A stretch of DNA of 63,969 bases, taken from contig NC_057738.1 in assembly GCF_004010195.1 (NCBI RefSeq), positions 31,709,164 to 31,773,132 of the forward strand. Reading direction: 5' to 3'. Position numbers and translations under genes: made by a program. Source of the stretch: Chiloscyllium plagiosum (Eukaryota). Positions 1 through 10,569 of the stretch are shown here, in pieces; the first letter of the stretch is position 1, and each line of letters opens with the position of its first letter. The notes beneath the pieces are model-generated. The model was not told where the DNA came from. It saw nothing but the letters and a program-made list of their open reading frames with translations, and did no database searches.

Positions 1-606
1 AACAACAACTATTCACAAAGTTGGGGGGGGGGGGGGGGGCTTACCCCCTTTCTCTTAACGGTTTACTATCTGCTTCCAACTCTATAACAATATGCTGTTC
101 CAATGAGACACTTAGTAAAATTACATCAATTTAATTTCAAAACCACACAACTTTGGTGTCTTTCTTCTTTCAGCTAAAGATCTCCGTGGGTCAGCTTCTT
201 TCTTTTTACTGCAAATATGTTTCATATGAAAAGGTACCTTTGATAGAGAGTGTTTCCTAATTTCTTGGGTCTCCCTTGACAGCAGTTGCTCTGTCTCCCA
301 TTTTCAAAATGCCTGCATTTTTATACTCCCAACATTGGATCGTCTCATCGGTTCGATATTGGCAAAACAATAAATTTAAACTCGATTGGATTTTAGTATC
401 CTGGGACATAATTTAAACCGATTGGTTAAATTTGATTTGTTGTCAAAACAGCAACTGAAACCAAGGTATCCATTTCACAGCTAAATCTTACATATTTTCG
501 ATTTTCTAGTACACTCTGGGAATGCCATCTAGTCATATACATAGGTGCTTGTATCTCTCAGTTCAGAACACTCTGTCTTAAAGGGACAGTACACACCTTC
601 ATAACA
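1..606 (-). mobile_element. LTR-like segment (probably Gypsy-type solo LTR, runs off window start)
   Basis: Ends in CATAACA (600-606; TGTTATG on minus, a typical LTR terminus); TATAAAA-like motif on minus near 318-324; no ORF. Confidence 0.4.
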
Positions 607-963
607 GTGTATTCCTGGCTGAAATGACTGGCAAAACAAAATACAGGAAATTTCAATGATGAATGTAGTTCTCTTGCTTGCAGAGAAGTCGACATAGAAC
701 TTTACAGTATACGTACAATACAGGCTCCTGATCTATTGTACCTGGTAAAAAAAACTACACAGTAAAATGCAACAGATAATTAACTACCTAAATTACATTC
801 ACAACAACACCTCTACTAGAGCAGGTACAAACACAGAGAATTATTTAAAGAAAAGTTTAAAATGAAGTTTACTTCATTCACAGAGCATAGAACAATTCAG
901 AAAAATTATGATCTTAACTGTAGGACTCAGATGCAATGGCACCATCTTTAGCAGCACAATCAG

Positions 964-1164
964 GGCAAAAGTGAGGACTGCAGATGCTGGAGATTAGAGT
1001 CTAGATTAGAGTGGTGCTGGAAAAGCACAGCAGGTCTGGCAGGCATCCAAGGAGCAGGAAAATCGATTTCCTGATGAAGGGCTTTTTCCCGAAATGTCGA
1101 TTTTCCTGCTCCTTGGATGCTGCCTGACCCGCTGTGCTTTTCCAGCAGCACCTCTAATCTAGAC
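964..1164. mobile_element. PLE fold-back mini-element (family A) with degenerate hammerhead motif
   Basis: Inverted arms 999-1066 / 1097-1164; centre CTGATGA-AGGGC-TTTT-TCCC-GAAATGTC (1071-1098); unpaired tail 964-998 shared with other copies. Confidence 0.8.
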
Positions 1165-1334
1165 ATTGATATAATGAGATGAGAGACACAATAATGCATG
1201 ACATGACAGGAAGTAAGAGACGTTAAAATGATAAGTGGCCCTTCAAATGAAAAAAATATGGTCGAGAGAAAGAAAGAACTTTAAAGTGGAAAGATCCATG
1301 AGAGAATGACTTAAATTAAGGACTCCCTAGATGT

Positions 1335-1420
1335 CAATAAAGTGTGGTGCTGGAAAAAGCACAGCAGGTCAGGCAGCACCTGAGGAGCAAGGGAGTCAAT
1401 GTTTCAGGCATAACCTTCGT
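1335..1420 (-). mobile_element. PLE family A terminal fragment, hammerhead core lost
   Basis: GTGTGGTGCTGGAAAAAGCACAGCAGGTCAGGCAGCA matches the family A arm; no CTGANGA. Confidence 0.7.
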
Positions 1421-1462
1421 ATGGGCAACTCCATATTGCAACATAGCACCTGAGAGACTGAG

Positions 1463-2536
1463 CTACAGAACTGTGGAGGAGTCGTGGTCCCCAGAGGATA
1501 ATGAACGGACAGAAGCAGGTAAAGCATGAGAAGCCAAATGAGATTGGTCACTGATTTTATATCTAAGTGATGGGGGAAAACAGCTGTAAAGAAGTCTGCG
1601 GAGATAGAATCGAAATCTTTCACCCAGAAATGCATAAATGACTGGGTTTAAACAGCAGTGTACAAATGTGATGGATTCAGTTACTTGCTGGGCAATCAGT
1701 AGATGTATTCGGAACTCACAGCCAGTTAAAACATTCTGTTCTCTCAATGACTCCAGCAACATCACAACATTGTACGGTGTCCAAAATACAAAAAACACAA
1801 TGACCACAGTAAATATAACTTTTATAGCCCTGTGTTTCTTATAGCTCCTGTTTTTATGCAGTGTTTGAATTATTCTTGTATAACAGAAAACTATAAAAGC
1901 CAATGGAACACAAAAACCCAAAACAATGGATTTGAAAAGGACAAAGAGTTTCCAATTTGAAACATTGCCCTGTGGAAAGAAAGTATGACAAACATATCTT
2001 TCCCCATCAGGTTGGATTGTGTTAAATATCATTGTGGGAAATGAGGCAACCAAAGCTACACACCACATCACTACACTTGAAATGATCCCATTTCGAACAG
2101 TCCTAGTCCTGACCGAAAATACAGCGTGAACAATTGCAAGGTAGCGGTCTACAGTTATCAAGATTATGAACATTGTGCCTCCATTGTAGCCAAGCTCATA
2201 AGCAGCAGAAACAATCTTGCAAAAGGCTTCTCCAAAAATCCATTGATTTGCAGCAGAATATGCCCAAAAAGGAAGTGTGCTCACAAACAGCAAGTCACAC
2301 AATGACAAATTGAAAAGATAAATGTCTGTCATATTCTTCAAACGTTTGTGTTTTAGAAGAGCCCACAACACAAGTGTGTTCCCAGGTAGACCAAAGAGAA
2401 ACACGAGGGAGTACAGGACTGGTAGGAAGGTTGCACCAAAAACATTTGCAGATCCCATATCACATGGAGCAAAGTGTTCTTCATAGTCATAATAGAAGTA
2501 ATTGAATGTACTGTTCGGCTCTTCCATTATGTTCAT
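1463..2536 (-). CDS. CC chemokine receptor (CCR4/CCR5-like; 357 aa, single coding exon)
   Basis: 7TM protein with GNTLV, LSLCD (D2.50), TLPFW, DRYLAIVHAV, FWTPYN, E7.39 (TESI), HCCLNPVIY and a Tyr/acid-rich N-terminus. True ATG at 2536 (ORF track starts at an upstream GTG preceded by an in-frame TGA). Exact orthologue cannot be assigned by eye. Confidence 0.95.
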   Translation of the reverse strand: MNIMEEPNSTFNYFYYDYEEHFAPCDMGSANVFGATFLPVLYSLVFLFGLPGNTLVLWALLKHKRLKNMTDIYLFNLSLCDLLFVSTLPFWAYSAANQWIFGEAFCKIVSAAYELGYNGGTMFIILITVDRYLAIVHAVFSVRTRTVRNGIISSVVMWCVALVASFPTMIFNTIQPDGERYVCHTFFPQGNVSNWKLFVLFKSIVLGFCVPLAFIVFCYTRIIQTLHKNRSYKKHRAIKVIFTVVIVFFVFWTPYNVVMLLESLREQNVLTGCEFRIHLLIAQQVTESITFVHCCLNPVIYAFLGERFRFYLRRLLYSCFPPSLRYKISDQSHLASHALPASVRSLSSGDHDSSTVL

Positions 2537-2559
2537 CTTGTAACGCACCTTTCAGTAGA

Positions 2560-2576
2560 CTAGAAAGGTAAAAAAT
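2560..2576 (-). other. Splice acceptor of the CCR coding exon
   Basis: Minus strand TATTTTTTACCTTTCTAG|TCTACT, 23 nt upstream of the ATG. Confidence 0.7.
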
Positions 2577-2704
2577 AGCAGTCAGTGATGGTCATTATTG
2601 AATTAGTGCACAATTGAAATTACAGAGCTATGTTACACAATTGAGTTCAAACCTTTTTATTTCTGCTAATAACAGTTTTAAACAACAATATTATGCAATG
2701 CTAA

Positions 2705-2815
2705 CAAAAACTGAAATTGCTGCATATGTTCAGCATGTCTGGCAGGATCTGTGGAGAGACAAATACTGTTAATGTTTCAAATCCATTGACTCTTCCTCAG
2801 ATTTCTCAGTAGTTT
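2705..2815 (-). mobile_element. Old PLE family C fragment (in putative CCR intron)
   Basis: AAACTGAAATTGCTG...CTGGCAGGATCTGTGGAGAG...GTTAATGTTTC...CTTCCTCAGA; similar to 4725-4930 and 22300-22510. Confidence 0.55.
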
Positions 2816-2951
2816 CTCATCACCTTGACCAACATCCAGAAAGTGGTTTAATCCATCCTCTAGTTTCATTTCATTGATAAAAAACAGTGACTGATGATTA
2901 ATTTAGAAGTGGTTACAAACAAAAATTATAATTAAATTATTTGCCATGAAC

Positions 2952-3090
2952 ACTTACGATTAATTGTATGAGAGAGAAGTACGCTTCCAGTCTCCACATA
3001 AATTACTGCTTCAGAGTTGCTGTTGGTCACATTTCCTGTCACTGGCTTATACGTCAAATTGCTGATTTTATCTATATCTTATATATGATC
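2952..3090 (-). promoter_or_regulatory. Candidate non-coding first exon and promoter of the CCR gene
   Basis: Minus-strand donor ATC|GTAAGTG (GT at 2957-2956); ETS site ACAGGAAAT near 3032-3040; TATA-like ATATATAAG near 3078-3086. Confidence 0.35.
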
Positions 3091-3365
3091 AGGTATATTT
3101 GATCACAATTGAACCTTCTGTTTCTATCTATAATGGGAACTGACATTTAGCTGATATCCAACAACCACCCACACCTTGAATCTAAGGCTTTAACTAATCC
3201 TGAGATAAAGCTCTCTTGTAAAACTTGATCATTTATAATTGTTAGAAATCTCACAGATTTTTCAGTATTTTTGTTTTGAGTTTCTTATCAGCCTTTATTC
3301 TCTATCCCTGACTGCCCTTGAGAAGGTAATGTTGAGTTGCAAGTTCCAAATCGGACAACTGATTT

Positions 3366-3642
3366 GGGGCAGCATAGTGGCACAGCAGATAGCACTGCTG
3401 CCTCACAGCGCCAGAGACCTGGGTTCAATTCCTGCCTCAGGTGACTTTCTGTGTGGAGTTTGCACATTCTCTGTGTGGGTTTGCTCCGGTTTCCTCCTAC
3501 AATCCAAAAATGTGCATATTAGGTGAATTGACCATGCTAAATTGCCTGTAGCGTTAGGTGAAAGGGTAAATGTATGGAAGTGGGTTGTGGGTTGGTGTTG
3601 GGCCGAAGGGCCTGTTTCCACACCATAAATAATCTAATCTAA
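3366..3642 (+). mobile_element. HE1-type tRNA-derived SINE
   Basis: A-box/B-box head (GTGGCACAG...GGTTCAATTCC), core GTGTGGAGTTTGCACATTCTC, CR1-like tail ending (AATCT)n. Confidence 0.85.
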
Positions 3643-3794
3643 AAAACAACTTTCTATTCATACTGCTGCAATTTCCCAGAAAAACGTATGTTGTTATTAT
3701 TAGATTCCCCACAGTGTGGAAACATTTTTTTTTCAATGCTTATTACGTGCATCTAATGGGTTACTTTGTGCAAAAAGTAAAATCATGTGAGGAT

Positions 3795-4116
3795 TGCTGC
3801 CTCACAGCGCCAGGGTATCAGGTTCAATTCCAGCCTTGGGTGACTGTCTGAATGGAGGTTGCACATTCTCCCTGTGTCTGCGTGGGGTTTTGGCTGGCTA
3901 CTTCAGTTTCATTCCACTGTCTAAAGATGTGCAGGTTAGGTGGATTGACCATAATATAATGCCCCCAATGTGTCCAGGGATGTGAAGGCTAAGTGGATTT
4001 GCCATGGAAAATGTGGGTTACAGGCATATGGTAAAGAGTCTAGATGGGATGTTCTTCAGAGAGTTAGTGTAGAGTTGATGGTTTGAATGGTCTCTTCCCA
4101 CACTCTAGGGATTCTA
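3795..4116 (+). mobile_element. HE1-type SINE
   Basis: GCTGCCTCACAGCGCCAGGG...GGTTCAATTCC...TTGCACATTCTCCC...GATGTGCAGGTTAGG...GGGATTCTA. Confidence 0.85.
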
Positions 4117-4724
4117 CTTAATGATTCTATACATTGTCTTGCACAGCAGAGTTGTGAACCCCAAACTTTTATCTTGCAGTGGATACATGTTAATCTCTTA
4201 CTGAATCTTAAATGTGCTGCTGGGGTAGTCTCCCAACCTCTGGGTTCAAGTCTCACCTGTGTTATATATGTGTCATCAGCCAGCTGGAAGCTGCAAGCAT
4301 TTCTTCATCAACTTCTCAATTTTTGTGACTGCTGTGCTCCAAATGCACATTTCATCTTGATGGTTTTCTTCAGTGTTCTGCTTTGAAAATAGAAAAATTT
4401 GAGCCTTTGACCAACATTTAGATAATGAGCAGTCAATTCTGCAGTCATTATAGATGCATACATGGAAATGCATAAACACTTAACGCTTTGTCTCTTTGAA
4501 TATTAACAAATACAAGTTTCACACCATTTTAAAAAAATCTGCTTTATTGTTCCAAAGATTAATACCATCCCATTAGCTACAGCCAACATTATAATAACCT
4601 AGACAGGAGTCAAAACGTTGCAAATCAACTTCCTAGCTTGGCGAACATACCCACAACCACAGCAACATTATAATCCATCCACTATCCTGCTGCCTATTCA
4701 ATTAATCTGTCTATTTCTCTTTGT

Positions 4725-4930
4725 GTGAAAGCAAAATATTGCAGATGATGGAAATCTGAACAAACACAGGAAATGCTGCAGAGATTCAGCAGGTCCTGGT
4801 CCTGGACATAGAAACAGTTAATCTTTCAAGTTTGATATGACTCTTCATCAGAATGAGTTTTTCTGTACCACTGTTCCTTTCTCCATAGATGCTGCCAGAC
4901 TTGCTGTATAATCTCTTTGCAACCCCATTG
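4725..4930. mobile_element. PLE family C fold-back element with degenerate hammerhead
   Basis: Minus strand ATTCTGATGAAGAGTCATATCAAACTTGAAAGATTAAC (~4817-4854); degenerate inverted arms. Confidence 0.6.
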
Positions 4931-4947
4931 TTTCCGCCCCACAGTTT

Positions 4948-5195
4948 AGATTAGATTAGATTCCCTACAGTGTGGGAACAGGCCCTTTGGCCCAACCAGT
5001 CCACACTGACCCTCCGAAGAGTAACCCACCCAGACTAATGCACCTAACCCTATGGGCAATTTAGCATGGCCAATTCACCTGACCTGCACATCTTTGGAGT
5101 ATGGGAGGAAACCCACACAGACACAGGGAGAATGTGCAAACTCCACACAGACAGTCACCCGAGGCTGGAAATGAACCTGGGACTCTGGTGCTGTT
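4948..5195 (-). mobile_element. HE1-type SINE
   Basis: (AGATT)n tail at 4948; GAGAATGTGCAAACTCCACACAGACAGTCACCC core on plus. Confidence 0.85.
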
Positions 5196-5289
5196 CATTT
5201 AGCATTGTATCATTCACAAACTCAGATGCATTAATCTCTGATTGTTTGTCATTAACATAGATTATGAATTTCTGAGCTCTGATCCTTGC

Positions 5290-6490
5290 AGCGCAGGTGA
5301 ACAGCGCTGGGCTATTCATTGCCTGCCAACTTGAAAAAGTCTCAATTATGTCTACTCTCTGCTTCCTGTCTGTTAACTCATCCTCGAACTGTGTTAATAC
5401 ATTACACTGAACTTCATGGATCCTTTTTTGTGGCTCTTCGTTGAATGCGTTTCAAAACTCCAAGTACACCACATCTGGTCCTGCTTTACCTCCCTTACTA
5501 GTTATATCCTCAAAGAACCTCAACAAACTTGTTAAACAGGACTTTCTTTTAGTAAAACCATGGGTCAGACATTTCGGTTAAAAGCCCTTCATCTGGAATC
5601 AAGTTTCACGCTTTTTCCTGAAACATCGATTTTCCTGCTCCTCGGATGCTGCCTGACCTGCTGTGCTTTTCCAGCACCACAGTCTCGACTCTAATCTCCA
5701 GCATCTGCAGTCCTCACTTTTGCCTTTTAGTAAAACCATGTTAATTCTTCCAAATCATACTCTGTTTATGCAACTGCAGTGTGAAGCCTTGTTTAATAAT
5801 AGATTCTAACATTTTCCCAACTGTTGATATTAAACTAACTTGCCTGCAGTTTAACATTTTCATCCTCTTTCTTTCCTGGATAACAATATAACATTTGCCA
5901 ACTTTCAACCTAATGGGACCATTCCTGAGTCTGAACAATTTTGGAAAATCATAGCCGGAGACATCGCTTTTACAGCCCAAGGGTGTAGGCTATCAGATCC
6001 TAGGGATTTCTCTGATTTTATTCCCTAATGTTTCTCCGTTATATTTTTTCCGTTGATATTAATTCCTAAATGTCCTCACGCATTTTAGGCATTAGGTTGC
6101 CATACATTTTTGGAAAGAAACTTGTGTCTTCTGCTGTAAAGACAGATACAAGATTTCTTTTGGTACCTCTGTGTTTCCTTTTGCCCCACAATATTTTCTC
6201 CTGTATCTGCATCTAAGGAATCAACAATTACTTTATCTACTCTCTTCTTTATTTTCTTTTGATAAAAGTTCTTTCAATCTGTTTGTATACTTTTGGTCAG
6301 CTAATTTCACATTTTACTTTTCCCCTCTCATCAACCTTTTGGGGGGCCCTTTGCTGGTTCCCATTTCTATTGGGAATAAAACACTCCCAACCTTTGGACT
6401 ACTTACTGCATTTTTGCAATATTATATTGTTCTTCTTTTCATCAAATATTATCACTAATTTCTTAGTGAGCCACAGATGTCTCTGAAATA
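5290..6490 (-). mobile_element. CR1/HER1 LINE fragment (degenerate RT)
   Basis: Minus ORF remnant NCRQVSLISTVGKMLESII; interrupted by a PLE at 5563-5723. Confidence 0.75.
5563..5723 (+). mobile_element. PLE family A insertion with 17-bp TSD
   Basis: TSD CTTTTAGTAAAACCATG at 5546-5562 and 5724-5740; arm, tail and two partial inverted hammerhead halves. Confidence 0.85.
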
Positions 6491-7653
6491 AATGTCCTCT
6501 CATTATTAATCCTTTAGCAATTGGAAACTATTGCCTTTATTTACTCCAAATGAATTCTTTATCACCTTAAACATGTTAACTTTTGCTGATCTGAAAAGAA
6601 CAGCTCAGTTTCTCGAGTCAGTGATAAAAGTGCAATAGATCTTGATGTGGAATGAGTTTGGGCGGAAATAAGGAATAGCGAGGGAAAGAAGTCATAGATG
6701 GGAATCAACTACAGACACCCAAATTGTTGTAGGACAAAGTATCAATCAGCAACTAATGAAGGAATGTAACAAGGTTACTACACTTGTCATAGGTGATTTT
6801 ATTTTGCATATTGATTGTATAACTCAGATTGGAAAGGGTGACTTTGAAGATAAGTTTGTAGAGATTATCATGGATTGCTTCTTCAAGCAGTATTGTCAGA
6901 GCCCTTGTTAGTTTTCCTTATTTTCATTTATCAGTTTGGTTGAAACTGTGAGCTGAGAATTGAGGTGACCTTTGGACAGGGAGTAGCAGTTTGTTTCTTT
7001 CAAAAAAAGGGAGAACAAGCAAACTTCTATTTGTTTATACAATTTGGTATGAAAGTTATTTGAAGGTTGATTCTCGTTCAAGGAACACCGTAGATGTTTT
7101 GACCCTGAAGATGTAATATGCTCAAGGTTTGACGGATATTTGATGTGGACAGGAGACATTGCAGGGAGGCTGGTGCCAACCAACATCATAAAGAGAATGT
7201 GGAAAACGAACAGAGAGAAACCAAAGTTTGAACCTGTTTTGAACTGTGTTTGTTTATCAGAAGGATTGTGGATGCCACAGCTATAGGATTGTAAGAAGTT
7301 TGATTGCTCCCTGGTTATCCTTCCATTATCAACATATTGCTTGGTGAATATAATTTCGATTACAAGAATTAAATGAATATTCTCCGGAGCCTGCAGGAAG
7401 CTATTTGCATTGACCTGTGTCTTTAGAAATTAAGAATGCAATTCCATGTGATACTATGCATCTTGGAAACTGTTCTTAGTGAGCTGGCCAGTTACATACT
7501 CCATTTTCCTTTTAATTTATCCCTTAACTGTATCCGTTTGTGTCTGAGTAGAGGCTTGATTCAAAGAAGATTGGGTTTAAATCATAAAAATTAGTTTGAT
7601 TATCTTGTTTAACTTTGCTCTGAAAACATTACTCTATTAATAATAAATTGTTA

Positions 7654-8153
7654 NNNNNNNNNNNNNNNNNNNNNNNNNNNNNNNNNNNNNNNNNNNNNNN
7701 NNNNNNNNNNNNNNNNNNNNNNNNNNNNNNNNNNNNNNNNNNNNNNNNNNNNNNNNNNNNNNNNNNNNNNNNNNNNNNNNNNNNNNNNNNNNNNNNNNNN
7801 NNNNNNNNNNNNNNNNNNNNNNNNNNNNNNNNNNNNNNNNNNNNNNNNNNNNNNNNNNNNNNNNNNNNNNNNNNNNNNNNNNNNNNNNNNNNNNNNNNNN
7901 NNNNNNNNNNNNNNNNNNNNNNNNNNNNNNNNNNNNNNNNNNNNNNNNNNNNNNNNNNNNNNNNNNNNNNNNNNNNNNNNNNNNNNNNNNNNNNNNNNNN
8001 NNNNNNNNNNNNNNNNNNNNNNNNNNNNNNNNNNNNNNNNNNNNNNNNNNNNNNNNNNNNNNNNNNNNNNNNNNNNNNNNNNNNNNNNNNNNNNNNNNNN
8101 NNNNNNNNNNNNNNNNNNNNNNNNNNNNNNNNNNNNNNNNNNNNNNNNNNNNN
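7654..8153. other. Assembly gap (500 N)
   Basis: Run of N. Confidence 1.
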
Positions 8154-8199
8154 AAAGACGGGACCCCGCGGGTCCGTCTTAACACATGTCAACTCAATG

Positions 8200-9790
8200 C
8201 TCTCAATGTGAATAAGGGAAATCACAGCAATACGATAAAAGATTTGTCTACGGTGGTCTTTGGAAATAGACTAGGGAAGATCTATGAGCAGTGACTGACA
8301 TTTAAGCACATATTTTATTTAAGCAGACATTATATATAAACTTATTCCAGTCAAAAAGAAGAAATTGAAGAGAAGGATGAACATTCTGCATGTAAAACGT
8401 GGTTAAGGAAAGTATCCAATCAAATAAAAGGTGTTATCCAAATCAACAAAAATTAAGATAGCCAAAGGACTAGAATTATTTTATCGGAACCAGCAGCTGA
8501 TGAATAGGAAGCTAATAAAAGTGGTGAAAGTTGCTATGAAAAGTAAATTGGCAAAAAATCAAAAACAAGCAAACAGAGCTCCTACAGATTTATATAATCC
8601 AAAGCTAAAGTATTTTTTGCACACTCAGAAGATGCAACTCGGAAGTTGATAATGGGGAGTAGAGAAATGGCGGATAACTTAAAACAGTATATTGCTTTGG
8701 TCTTCATGATGGAGGATGATATAAACATCCCAAAGATAACAGAGAAGCAAAGTACTAATGGGAGAAAAGATCTTGTAATGGTCCTCAATATGAGAACAAC
8801 ATATATAACAAAATAATGGGAGATAAGTTGCTAGGATCTGATGAGCTGCATGCACTGGTTTTCCAGGAAGTGATTGTCGTGACAGTGGAGATATAGCGTT
8901 AAAATATTCCAGAATTTACAGGATTGCTCATGTGATGCCCCTTGTTCGACAAGGGAGGGAGACAGAGATCAGGAAACTACAGTTGGATTAATATTGCTTA
9001 TTGGGAAAATGCTAGAGTCCATAATTAAGGAAGAAATAAGAGGCTATTTAGAAAAACTTAACACAATAAAATAGAGTAAATGTGGTTTTGCTAAAGGGAA
9101 ATCGTATATGACATTTTGCTGGCGTTCTTTGAGGATATAACAAGCAAAGTTCATAAGGGGAACTTGATCTGAATTTTCAGAAAGGCATTCGATAAGGTGT
9201 CACATAGAAAGTTATTGTACAGGATAGGAGTTCACAGTATTGAGATTAATGTATTAGCATGGATTAAGAACTAGTTAAATTGCAGAGGACAAAGAAGTTG
9301 CATTGATGGATTTTTTTTCAGTTTGGTTGGGCATAAGTTGTCGAGTGCCATCTGGATCAGTCCTAGGAGGGGGCAGAACATCATGTCTCCAAATTTTCTG
9401 ATGATACAAAAGTAGATGGGACAGCATGTTGTGATGAAGACATAAGGAATCTGAAGGGGATACAGATTGATTCAGGACATTTGCAAAATCTAGTCAAATG
9501 AACCTACATGTAGGAAAGCATGAGGTCATGTATTTTGTAGAGAAAATCAAAAGTCATGCTATTAATTAAATAGAGAGAGACTCCAAAACGTATGACACAG
9601 AGGGATTTGGGTGTTCTTGTGCATGAAACACAAAGAGTTAGCACACAAGTACAGTAAGTAATTCTGAAGGCAAATTAAGTTTTGAACTTCAATGCTCAGG
9701 GGTTGGGTGGGCAGTGGAGATTAAAAATACCAAAGTCTTGTTGTGAGTACACAGGATGTTGATGAGGCCGCACCTTGATTTTTGGTCTCT
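8200..9790 (+). mobile_element. CR1 LINE fragment (degenerate ORF2)
   Basis: Remnants of GKMLESIIK (9003) and KAFDKVSH (9182). Confidence 0.75.
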
Positions 9791-9809
9791 GTATTTTGTT
9801 CTATTTGTT

Positions 9810-10130
9810 CAAGAGGTATGGACATTGCCAGCATTTATTACCCATCCTTAATTGCCCAAAGGGCATTCAAAAGACAAGCAATTGCTGTGGGTCTAGAGTC
9901 ACATGTAGGCCAGACCAGGTAAGGATGGCAGATTCCCTTTCCCAAAGGATATGAGAGAACCAGATGGTATTTTGCAACAACTGACAGTGGTTACATTGTT
10001 CCCATTCACCAACCTTTTGTTTCAGATTTTTATTGAATTCAAATGTCACCATGTGCCATGGTGGGATTCAAATTCATATTCCCAGAAGGATAGTCTAGGC
10101 TTCTGATTGGCTAATCCAGTGACACTGCTT
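9810..10130 (-). mobile_element. Second shark SINE family (tRNA-like head, CR1-type tail)
   Basis: B-box-like GTGGGATTCAAA near 10061; tail GCATTTATT resembles the reverse complement of the CR1 end near 52475. Confidence 0.55.
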
Positions 10131-10569
10131 AGAAATGCTGCACTGGTATTTTAAGCTTTGCTAAGATGATTCTCCAGGTTAATTCTTGGGATGAAGAAGT
10201 TGACTTAGCAAGATTATGTAAGGCCTGGTCTTATGCCTTACATCCTTATTCCTAAGAAGATTGCAGGACTAGAGAGCAGGTGTACATAAATCTCTGAGCA
10301 AATAATAAAAGATGTGGTGTCATGGGCTTTATCAATAAGGCTACTTCAAGCAGAAGAGTAGAATTAAAATGATTCCCCTAATTCCCCCATTCAGGATGTG
10401 AGAGCATGAGTGACTTTATACCTGCATTTGACCAGGTGTGGTATCAAAGAGCCCTAGCAAAACTAGATTTAGGGGGCAAACTCTCCACTGGTTGGTCAGT
10501 TGTTTCAGCTGCAGGATATTTCTGCAGGAGTTCCTCAGGATAGTATCCTTGGCCCAACCATCTTTAGCT

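Noticed and set aside
2537-2548. MRYK extension of the CCR ORF
   Set aside because: GTG start; ATG at 2536 is the plausible initiator
3366-3440. tRNA genes at SINE heads
   Set aside because: A/B boxes belong to multi-copy HE1-type SINEs; no complete cloverleaf
6905-7653. Possible LTRs here and at ~21336-22250 and ~23730-24800
   Set aside because: Some TATA, poly(A) and TG-start hints, but termini and TSDs could not be fixed
8154-8180. GC-rich hairpin AAGACGGGACCC-CGC-GGGTCCGTCTT
   Set aside because: Sits at a contig edge next to the gap; single, short and possibly an assembly artefact
7629-8225. Long ORFs of X residues
   Set aside because: Artefact of the 500-N gap
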